36,117 bases of DNA from assembly GCA_031415235.1 (NCBI GenBank), contig JANORI010000531.1, positions 1 to 36,117 on the forward strand, given 5' to 3'. The position numbers and the translations under genes were made by a program. The notes under the pieces are model-generated. The model was not told the origin of the DNA, did no database searches, and saw only the letters and a list, made by a program, of their open reading frames with translations. Shown here piece after piece: positions 28,842 through 36,117 of this stretch; positions within the stretch are counted from its first letter, which is position 1; each line of letters opens with the position of its first letter. This stretch comes from Acidobacteriota bacterium (lineage in GTDB: Bacteria > Acidobacteriota > Vicinamibacteria > Vicinamibacterales > UBA2999).

Positions 28842-28875
28842 TCGACCACTCCCTTCCGCCCGAATGACGTCGTGG

Positions 28876-29457
28876 CTACTTGGCGGCGGCGCCGCGCGCC
28901 GTGAGCTCGTGGCGGAGCCACGCCTTGGCCATCCGCAACTCGCGGTCCACGGTCGCCGCCGAGACGCCCACGGCTTCCGCCGTTTCGTCGTAGCTCAGCC
29001 CGCCGAAGAAGTGCAGCTCGACGATGCTGGCCTTGCGCGCGTCGAACTCGGCCAGGCGCTCGAGCACGTCGTGCAGGTCGAGGACGTCCACCGAGGGCGC
29101 GGCGACGACCGCGGCCACGTCCTCGAGCTCCACTTTCACGGCGCCCCCGCCGCGCTTCTGCCGGCGCCGGCCACGTGCATGGTCCACCAGCACGCGGCGC
29201 ATGGTGCGCGCCGCCACGGCCATGAAATGCGCCTTGTCTTGCCACGAGACGTCGGCGTCGATGAGCCGCAGGTAGGCTTCGTGCACGAGTGCGCGCGTCT
29301 GCAGCGTGTGATCCGAACGCTCCGACCGCAGCGCACCGCGGGCAATACGCGCCAGTTCGTCGTAGACGAGCGGCAGCAGGCGGTCGAGAGCGCTTGCCTC
29401 GCCGCCCCGCCACGCATGGAGCAGGATGGTTGCGCTTGGTGATTCCACGGGCGGCAC
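28876..29457 (-). CDS. ECF-type sigma-70 family sigma factor, kinase-associated (ECF43-like / Sigma70_ECF type)
   Basis: The N-terminus is ILLHAWRGGEASALDRLLPLVYDELARIA. Region 2 is HTLQTRALVHEAYLRL. The region 4 HTH is LSYDETAEAVGVSAATVDRELRMAKAWL. The start is GTG 29457. No anti-sigma gene follows; the Ser/Thr kinase does. Confidence 0.8.
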   Translation of the reverse strand: MPPVESPSATILLHAWRGGEASALDRLLPLVYDELARIARGALRSERSDHTLQTRALVHEAYLRLIDADVSWQDKAHFMAVAARTMRRVLVDHARGRRRQKRGGGAVKVELEDVAAVVAAPSVDVLDLHDVLERLAEFDARKASIVELHFFGGLSYDETAEAVGVSAATVDRELRMAKAWLRHELTARGAAAK

Positions 29458-29493
29458 CTCAGGGGAGGCCCCGCAATCTTACTGCAACTGGCC

Positions 29494-30681
29494 TCAGCCC
29501 TCGACCAGCAACCAGGCCGGATCTTCGATGTAGTCCTTGATCTTCACCAGGAACTGCACGGCCTCGCGGCCATCGACCAGCCGGTGGTCGTAGCTGAGCG
29601 CCAGGAACATCATCGGGCGGATCACCACTTCGCTCTTCACCGCGACGGCGCGATCGGCGATCTTGTGCAACCCCAGAATGCCGACTTGCGGTGGATTCAG
29701 GATGGGCGTGCTCATCATCGACCCGAAGACGCCGCCGTTGGTGATCGTGAATGTGCCGCCCTTCAAGTCCTCGAGCGTGAGAGTGCCATTGCCGGCGCGG
29801 GCCGCGAAGTCGCGGATGCCGAGTTCAACCCCGGCAAAGGTCATCTGGTCGGTGTCCCGCAGCACGGGCACCACCAGGCCGCCCTCGGCGCCGACGGCCA
29901 CGCCAATGTCGTAGTACCGCTTGTAGACGACTTCGTCGCCCTGGATCTCGGCGTTCAGCTCGGGGAACGCCTTGAGCGCGCCCACGGCGGCCTTCACGAA
30001 GAACGACGCGATGCCCAGACCCACGCCGAACTTCTTCTGGAAGCCTTCCTTGCGGCGCTCGCGCAGGGCCATGACGGCGCTCATGTCCACTTCATTGAAC
30101 GTCGTGAGCATGGCGGCTGTGCGCTGCGCCTCGACGAGCCGGCGAGCAATCGTGGCCCGGCGCTTCGTCATGCGCACGCGCTCTTCGACCCGCCCACCGG
30201 CCGCCCGCGGCGGTGCCGCGGGCCGTGGCGCCGGGGTGGCCTTCGGCGCCGCGGACTGGGCGGGCGAGGTGCCCGACACGAACTCGCGGACGTCTTGCTT
30301 GGTCACGCGAGGACCGCTTGCCGGCACTGCCTCCAGCTTCACATCGTGCTCGCGCGCCACGTTCTTGGCCGTGGGCGTGGCCTTCGGGGTGCTCGAGGCC
30401 ACGGCCGCCGGCGGCGCGACTGACGTCACCACGACCGTCGCGGCGGCCCGGGACGGATCGATCACGGCCAGTACCTCGCCGACCTTGACGTCGGCGCCGT
30501 TTGGATGCTTGATGCTCGTCAGCAGGCCGGCCCGATCGGCACTCACCTCGAGGTCGATCTTCTCGGTTTCGAGTTCCACGAGCGGCTCGCCGAGGGCCAC
30601 CTGATCGCCTTCGTTCTTGAGCCACCGCGCAATGCGGGCCTCGATCACCGACTCACCCAGTTCCGGCACTACGATGTCCAC
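29494..30681 (-). CDS. sucB: Dihydrolipoyllysine-residue succinyltransferase, E2 of 2-oxoglutarate dehydrogenase
   Basis: The start is placed at GTG 30681 ([12 protein letters not shown]) with AGGGGA 7 nt upstream. The lipoyl motif [10 protein letters not shown] is present, as are a Pro/Ala linker, the E3-binding segment and the catalytic site SYDHRLVDG. It lies directly downstream of sucA. Confidence 0.85.
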   Translation of the reverse strand: MDIVVPELGESVIEARIARWLKNEGDQVALGEPLVELETEKIDLEVSADRAGLLTSIKHPNGADVKVGEVLAVIDPSRAAATVVVTSVAPPAAVASSTPKATPTAKNVAREHDVKLEAVPASGPRVTKQDVREFVSGTSPAQSAAPKATPAPRPAAPPRAAGGRVEERVRMTKRRATIARRLVEAQRTAAMLTTFNEVDMSAVMALRERRKEGFQKKFGVGLGIASFFVKAAVGALKAFPELNAEIQGDEVVYKRYYDIGVAVGAEGGLVVPVLRDTDQMTFAGVELGIRDFAARAGNGTLTLEDLKGGTFTITNGGVFGSMMSTPILNPPQVGILGLHKIADRAVAVKSEVVIRPMMFLALSYDHRLVDGREAVQFLVKIKDYIEDPAWLLVEG

Positions 30682-30728
30682 CGTCGTATCCCCTATCCCC
30701 TGGCCGCTAGTCCCTAGCCGCTGCGTGA

Positions 30729-33536
30729 TTAGACCTGCTTCGACAGCACCCGATTGGCATCGCCGACATCGGCCTTCGCTTCGAACGCCTGAGCGACGAC
30801 CGCGCGCTGATTCACCTGGTGCCACGCGGCCGACCCTTCCGACGGGCTCGAATTGCGGACACGGCCCACGTATCGCAGCGGCCAGCGTTCGGCGATCGAC
30901 TGCTCCAGTTCCGGCCGCACCGAATCCCACGCGCCCATGTTCTCGGGCTCTTCCTGCACCCAGCACACCTCACGCAGCTTGGGGAACCGCTCGAGTGCGT
31001 CCCGTAGCTGCTCAGAAGGGAAGGGATAGAGCTGTTCCAGGCGCACGACCGCCACGCTGGTGTTGGTCTTACGCTGCTCGCTGCCGACCAGGTCCACGTA
31101 GACCTTGCCGCTGCAGACGACGACGCGCCGCACCTTCGACGGGTTCGCGACGGCCTGCTCGTCCTGGATCACCTTCTGGAACCGGCCCTCGGCCAGCTCC
31201 TGCGCCGCCGACGCCACGAGCGGGTGGCGCAGCAGGCTCTTGGGGGTGAGTACGATGAGCGGGAGCGGGTCGGTGTCGAGCAGCAACGCCTGGCGGCGCA
31301 GCACGTGGAAGTACTGCGCGGCCGTCGTGCAGTTGACGATGCGCACGTTGAGGTCGGCGGCCAGCTGGAGGAAGCGCTCCACCCGGGCGCTCGAGTGATC
31401 CGGACCCTGACCCTCGTAGCCATGCGGCAGCAGCAGCACGAGCGAGGGCGCCATGCCCCACTTCGCCCGTCCCGACATCAGGTACTCGTCGAGGATCGTC
31501 TGCGCGCCGTTGATGAAGTCGCCGTATTGGGCCTCCCAGATCACCAACCGCCGGGGCTCCTGCAGGTTGTAGCCCAGCTCGAAGCCGATCACGGCCAGCT
31601 CCGAGAGCGCGCTGTTGTGAATCTCAAAGGCCGCCGTGGCCTGCGGCAGCGCCTGCAGCGGCGTGTGGCGTTGGCCGGTGACCGCGTCGTGCAGCACCGC
31701 ATGGCGGTGGCCGAACGTACCGCGCTCGACGTCTTCGCCGGTGAAGCGGATGGCGATGCCGTCGGCCAGCACCGAGGCCATCGCCAGTTCCTCGGCGGCG
31801 GCCCAGTCGATGGTGCGCTCGTCGGGCGCAGCCAGCATAGTGCGCTTGCGCTCGCGTCCGCGTTCGAGCTTCTTGTGTACCGTGAAGCCGTCTGGCACCT
31901 GGGCAAGCGCGTCGTTGAGCGCCACGAGCTCGGCCAGCGGCACGGCGGTGTTCACCCGGGCGGCGGCGCCACTCGGCGGCACGACCGGCACATCGGGCAC
32001 GTAGTGCTCTTCCGGCTGCAGGTCGGCGTACGCCTTCTCCATGACCGCGGCATGCTTGGCCACGAGTTCGTCGGGAACGGTCGCTGGCACCTGGCCCGCG
32101 GCCACGAGCGCGGCCGCGTACTGATGTCGCACCGTGGGATGTTCGGCGACGCGCAGATAGATCAGGGGTTGCGTGAAGGCCGCTTCGTCGCCCTCGTTGT
32201 GGCCGTGACGCCGGTAGCCCACGAGGTCGATCAGGAAATCGAGCTGGAAGCGGTGGCGATAGGCCCACGCCAGACGCGCCGCCTCGATGCACGCCACCGG
32301 GTCATCAGCGTTGACGTGCACGATCGGCACCTTGAAGCCGCGCGCCAGGCCGCTGGCGTAGCTGGTCGAGTACGACTCGTGCGGCTCGGCGGTGAAGCCC
32401 AGCTGGTTGTTCGCGATGATGTGAATCGTTCCGCCGACGGTCCAGCCGGCGAGCCGCGAGAGATTCAGGGTCTCAGCCACGATGCCCTGGCCGGGAAAGG
32501 CGGCGTCGCCGTGAATCAGGATGCCGAGCACCTCGTCGGTGCGCAGTCGGGGCGCGCCGGGCGCGTCAACCGAGGTGGCGGCGGCCCGCGCCATGCCCAC
32601 GAGCAGCGGGTCGACCGCTTCCAGATGGCTGGGATTCGGGGGCATCGTAATTACGAGCGTCGTGGGGCGGTCTGGGTCCTCGACGCGCGCGCCCGCGTGG
32701 TACTTCACATCGCCCATCCAGCCGAGGTCGATGCGACTGCTGCGCGAGAAGAGCGGGTCTTTGAACTCCGCGAGGATCTGGGCGTAGGGCTTCCGCATGA
32801 CGTGCGCGAGCACGTTGAGGCGGCCGCGGTGCGCCATGGCGATCATCACGTGGCGCACGCCAGACGCGGCGGCATCCGCGATGATCTCGTCGAGCACGGG
32901 GATCATCAGGTCGAGCCCCTCGATCGAGAAGCGGGTCCTGCCGGGGAACGTGCGCTGCAGAAACCGCTCGAACACCTCGACCTGCGTGATCCGATCGAGC
33001 AGCTCGCGGCTTTCGATGGGATCGACCGGCGGACGGAAACGCCGGGCCTCGACCGACTGGCGCAGCCACGCGCGTTCGTCGGGCACAAAGACCTGGGCGA
33101 AGTCGTGGCCACTGGTGGCGCAGTAGGCCTCGCGCAATCGTTCGATGGCCTCGAACGCGCTTGCGGCGCCGGCCGCGACGGGCCCGCCGATGATGCTCGC
33201 CGGCAGCGCGCGCAGGGCATCGGTCGTGAGGCCGTGCGAGTGCGGGTGCAGCGAGGGATCGCCGACCGGCCGGTGATAGCCGATCGGATCGAGCGTGGCC
33301 GCCAGATGCCCGTAGCGCCGGATCGATTCGGCGAGTGTGACGGCGGCAATGGCCGCCGCCGTATCGGTCGCGCTCGGGGCGGTCGGCGTGACGGGTGCGC
33401 CAACGGCCGGCGGGGTCCACGCGAGGAACGCGGCGCGCGTGTCGCGGTCGACCGACATGGGGTCCTGTTGGTAGCGTTCGAAGAGTTCGAGCACGTACCC
33501 GGCGTTGGCCCCGGTAAACTGGTCCCACAAGTTCAT
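30729..33536 (-). CDS. sucA: 2-oxoglutarate dehydrogenase E1 component
   Basis: The 935-aa protein starts [22 protein letters not shown]. The body is typical of E1o ([35 protein letters not shown]). Confidence 0.9.
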   Translation of the reverse strand: MNLWDQFTGANAGYVLELFERYQQDPMSVDRDTRAAFLAWTPPAVGAPVTPTAPSATDTAAAIAAVTLAESIRRYGHLAATLDPIGYHRPVGDPSLHPHSHGLTTDALRALPASIIGGPVAAGAASAFEAIERLREAYCATSGHDFAQVFVPDERAWLRQSVEARRFRPPVDPIESRELLDRITQVEVFERFLQRTFPGRTRFSIEGLDLMIPVLDEIIADAAASGVRHVMIAMAHRGRLNVLAHVMRKPYAQILAEFKDPLFSRSSRIDLGWMGDVKYHAGARVEDPDRPTTLVITMPPNPSHLEAVDPLLVGMARAAATSVDAPGAPRLRTDEVLGILIHGDAAFPGQGIVAETLNLSRLAGWTVGGTIHIIANNQLGFTAEPHESYSTSYASGLARGFKVPIVHVNADDPVACIEAARLAWAYRHRFQLDFLIDLVGYRRHGHNEGDEAAFTQPLIYLRVAEHPTVRHQYAAALVAAGQVPATVPDELVAKHAAVMEKAYADLQPEEHYVPDVPVVPPSGAAARVNTAVPLAELVALNDALAQVPDGFTVHKKLERGRERKRTMLAAPDERTIDWAAAEELAMASVLADGIAIRFTGEDVERGTFGHRHAVLHDAVTGQRHTPLQALPQATAAFEIHNSALSELAVIGFELGYNLQEPRRLVIWEAQYGDFINGAQTILDEYLMSGRAKWGMAPSLVLLLPHGYEGQGPDHSSARVERFLQLAADLNVRIVNCTTAAQYFHVLRRQALLLDTDPLPLIVLTPKSLLRHPLVASAAQELAEGRFQKVIQDEQAVANPSKVRRVVVCSGKVYVDLVGSEQRKTNTSVAVVRLEQLYPFPSEQLRDALERFPKLREVCWVQEEPENMGAWDSVRPELEQSIAERWPLRYVGRVRNSSPSEGSAAWHQVNQRAVVAQAFEAKADVGDANRVLSKQV

Positions 33537-33587
33537 GTCTCAATTATTGTAGTGCAGGCCGTTTCATTTCCCTGGGGGCGAACCGTG

Positions 33588-34022
33588 ATGACTGCTCGAC
33601 CGACCTACGACGACGCGAATCTGATCCTGCGTCTCTACGAAATGCGACGCGAAGACCGGATGCGCGAGGCGCGCGCGTGGTTTACCGCGCACTTCCGCCC
33701 GAAGAAATGGGAAGAACTGACGACGCTCGTGCCGCCGGGCAGCGGCGAGAACGCGTCCTACCGGATGATCATCTCGTATTGGGACATGGTGGCGTCGTTT
33801 GTCGTCACGGGAGTGCTCAATCAGGATCTGTTTTTTCAGAGCGGCCGCGAGCTGCTGCTGGTGTTCGAGCGGATGCGGCCCGTGCTGGCGGGGGTTCGCG
33901 AAGCCTACAAGGACCCGTCGTACATGGCCAACCTCGAGCGCGTCGGGCTGGAGTACGCCGCCCAAATGAAGGCAAAGAACCCGGAGGCATACGACGCATT
34001 CGTGAAGCGCATCACCGGGTGA
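33588..34022 (+). CDS. Small conserved-looking protein of unknown function (144 aa)
   Basis: This is the C-terminal part of a 932-aa track ORF, the rest of which is antisense shadow of sucA. ATG 33588 (or GTG 33585) follows GGGGG. Composition and codon bias look coding. The stop overlaps the next gene's GTG. Confidence 0.6.
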   Translation: MTARPTYDDANLILRLYEMRREDRMREARAWFTAHFRPKKWEELTTLVPPGSGENASYRMIISYWDMVASFVVTGVLNQDLFFQSGRELLLVFERMRPVLAGVREAYKDPSYMANLERVGLEYAAQMKAKNPEAYDAFVKRITG

Positions 34023-34864
34023 CGCGACTCATCGCACTCGACGTCGATGGCACACTCCTCAATCGTCATGGGGACGTACCCGACGCGAACCTCGCGGCCC
34101 TCCGCGAGGCCGCCGCGCAGGGGATCCACCTGGTGGTCATCACCGGCCGCAGCTATCCGTTCGCGCTGCCCGCCGTGACTGGCCTGCCCGACCCACTTAC
34201 GGTCGTGGCCTACAACGGGGCGGTCGCGCGGGTGCGCGGCGGGCTGACGCTCGCGACCCGCCAGCTGCCGCGGGCCACGGCTCGTCGCGTGCTCGCAGGC
34301 ACGCGAGCCTGGCGCAGTTCGACGCTCATGCAATTCGACCGCGACGGCGCGGGGCAGACGATGGTCGACACGCTGTCGTGGGATCATCCCAACCGCCGCG
34401 GCTACTACAGGAAAATCCAGCACCTGGTGCAGACGGTGGACGACCTGGAGTCCGCCTGCGAGGATCACGACCCGGTGCAAGTGGCGTTCAACGGGCCTAC
34501 CGTGACGATGGCGTCACTCATCGAGGCGCTCGGCGCCGAGGGCGTGACCGACGGCGCCTCGGTGTCGGTGACCGCCTATCCCGCCCGCGACTTCACGCTC
34601 GTCGATGTCAACGCGCTCGGCGCCACCAAGGGCGGCGCACTCGCGCATGTGGCCGCGCACTTCGGCGTGCCGCAATCCGATGTCTTCGCCATCGGCGACA
34701 ACCATAACGACGTGGACATGCTGCAGTGGGCCGGCACCGGCGTCGTGATGGGCAACGCCGAGCCCGAGCTGCTCGCGTTGGGCCTGCCGATTGCCGCGTC
34801 GAACGACGAGGCCGGCCTGGCGCAGGCGATTCGGGAGTACGTGCTGAAGAGCAGGGACGACTAG
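34019..34864 (+). CDS. HAD-superfamily hydrolase, Cof-type phosphatase
   Basis: Motif I is LIALDVDGTLL, motif III is GDNHNDVDML and a cap domain is present. GTG 34019 overlaps the TGA at 34020-34022 (GTGA). Confidence 0.8.
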   Translation: MTRLIALDVDGTLLNRHGDVPDANLAALREAAAQGIHLVVITGRSYPFALPAVTGLPDPLTVVAYNGAVARVRGGLTLATRQLPRATARRVLAGTRAWRSSTLMQFDRDGAGQTMVDTLSWDHPNRRGYYRKIQHLVQTVDDLESACEDHDPVQVAFNGPTVTMASLIEALGAEGVTDGASVSVTAYPARDFTLVDVNALGATKGGALAHVAAHFGVPQSDVFAIGDNHNDVDMLQWAGTGVVMGNAEPELLALGLPIAASNDEAGLAQAIREYVLKSRDD

Positions 34865-34890
34865 GGAGCGAGGCCAGGACCGGGGCCCTG

Positions 34891-36117
34891 CTAGAACGTG
34901 GTGCCCATCCGGAAGTGCAGTCGCCACTGCCCGTGGCCGCGGGCCACGTCGACTCCGCTGGTGAAGGCGGCGGCCTGCGCGAACACGCCCGCGCCGATGC
35001 CACGGTCGTACCCGGCGTCCCGCCAGGAAATCCCGGCCGCGTACACCCCGGCCCAGTCTGCAAACAGACGCACGCCCAGGCGTGCCACGTCGAGCGGCGA
35101 GCCGACGGGCATTGCCAACGACGCCGAGACGCCAGCCGCGTTATCCGCTGCACGGTAGCCACGACGGTAGCCGCGCAGCGACGGACCGCCCCCGATGAAG
35201 GCCTGCTCGTAGGCGGGCAGTGCGCCGCTGGCCGACACCTGGAACGCGCTGACTGTCAGCGCCGACCCTGCCATGAGGCCGACGGCCACATGTGCATCGA
35301 TTGTGTGTCGGCGTCGCACACCGGTGGCCACGTCGAGGCGCGCGAGCTCCGCCCGCCCCCACAGGGCATTTCGGGGAAACGCGGGGTCGAGCCGCGTGTC
35401 GAGCACCAGGTCGGCCGCGTAGCTCGTCACCTCGCCCCGATCGTCGCCGAAGCGCACGCGGTCGTGGCCGGCAGCCGCGCCCACGCGCAGGCTCGAGCCA
35501 AGGGAGCGCTCGGCCCGCGCCCGCACGCTGGTGCGCTGCTCGATGACGTCGAAGGCCGGATGTCCGGTGCGGCGCACGTCGGCAGCGGCCGCGACTCGCG
35601 ACACGACGGGGCCCGCGAAGCCGCGCCGCAGCTCGAGGCCGGCACGGCGCTCGCCGCCCCAGGTGAGCGGTACCAGCACGCGGCTGTCGTGGCCGAAGAG
35701 GTCCGCGAGGGCGGGGTGGAGCCCATACGTGAAGGCATATCCTTCCTCGTAGCGCAGCACCGGCTGCCACATCAGCCCGGCCGCGACCTGTCTCAGCCAG
35801 CCCGGGCGGGGCAAGTCCTGGCTGGCGCCGGCCACCTCCTCGACCAGCAGCATGACCATGATGTCGCTCGGGTCGTCGATGGAACGCGCGAGCCGGCGCA
35901 CCGCGACCGAAGCAAAGCGTCCGCTGGCCTCGAGCCGTGCCTTCGCCGTGTCCAGGTTCGGGTCACTTGCCGCATCGCCAACCTTCAGGCCGCTGACGCC
36001 CAGCACATCGGCGTCGGGCGTGGCGTGGTTGCCGTGCACGCGAATTTCCACGATGGGCGGATCGGCGGGCTGGGTGGCACCAGCGGTCGCGGCCATTGCC
36101 ACGAGCACCCATGCACC
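34891..36117 (-). CDS. Omp85/BamA-family outer-membrane protein with a single POTRA domain (5' end probably outside window)
   Basis: The POTRA-like segment is IVEIRVHGNHATPDADVLGVSGLKVGD. The beta-barrel body ends ...WRLHFRMGTTF with a terminal Phe. The frame stays open to the window edge, and GAWVLVAMAATAGA looks like the middle of a signal peptide. Confidence 0.75.
   Translation of the reverse strand, partial: GAWVLVAMAATAGATQPADPPIVEIRVHGNHATPDADVLGVSGLKVGDAASDPNLDTAKARLEASGRFASVAVRRLARSIDDPSDIMVMLLVEEVAGASQDLPRPGWLRQVAAGLMWQPVLRYEEGYAFTYGLHPALADLFGHDSRVLVPLTWGGERRAGLELRRGFAGPVVSRVAAAADVRRTGHPAFDVIEQRTSVRARAERSLGSSLRVGAAAGHDRVRFGDDRGEVTSYAADLVLDTRLDPAFPRNALWGRAELARLDVATGVRRRHTIDAHVAVGLMAGSALTVSAFQVSASGALPAYEQAFIGGGPSLRGYRRGYRAADNAAGVSASLAMPVGSPLDVARLGVRLFADWAGVYAAGISWRDAGYDRGIGAGVFAQAAAFTSGVDVARGHGQWRLHFRMGTTF

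Noticed and set aside
31224-33587. The N-terminal 788 codons of the 932-aa plus-strand ORF 31224-34022.
   Set aside because: This part is antisense to sucA and has shadow-type composition. Only the last 144 codons (33588-34022), beyond the sucA start, look like a real gene.

Overview
High-G+C bacterial chromosomal segment. Long Ala/Arg/Pro-rich shadow ORFs occur on every antisense frame. Lineage cannot be fixed from sequence alone; gene content resembles soil Acidobacteriota or Gemmatimonadota. All family calls come from motif recognition by eye, not from searches.

About 25 kb (250-25622) is an exopolysaccharide (EPS) biosynthesis and export island of the type normally linked to exosortase A / PEP-CTERM systems. 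It has three parts:
- A minus-strand glycosyltransferase / acetyltransferase / glycosyltransferase trio (3271 to 250).
- A plus-strand unit (about 3364 to 10751): a PcRGLX/YetA-like protein, an O-antigen-ligase-like protein, the stp2 glycosyltransferase and an AsnB-like amidotransferase.
- A tightly packed nine-gene minus-strand operon (25622 to 15716): receiver-less sigma-54 activator, Wza-like exporter, beta-barrel, chain-length determinant, ExeA-like ATPase, BY-kinase, priming sugar transferase, NodB deacetylase and FemAB-like protein.

Between these units lie two tandem paralogous genes (11063-13411 and 13642-15672) for large secreted proteins. They share an uncharacterised Cys-containing N-terminal domain of about 370 aa followed by FN3-like modules. 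Each gene is preceded by a candidate sigma-54 -24/-12 promoter. This pair and its proposed link to the orphan activator is the most interesting part of the window.

No exosortase, PEP-CTERM cargo, PrsK/PrsR or Wzx flippase is visible.

The right third encodes an ECF sigma factor plus a membrane Ser/Thr kinase with TPR repeats and no anti-sigma factor. It also encodes sucA-sucB, a small unknown protein coupled to a Cof-type HAD hydrolase, and a partial Omp85-family protein.

I saw no rRNA, tRNA, CRISPR array, transposase or integrase.
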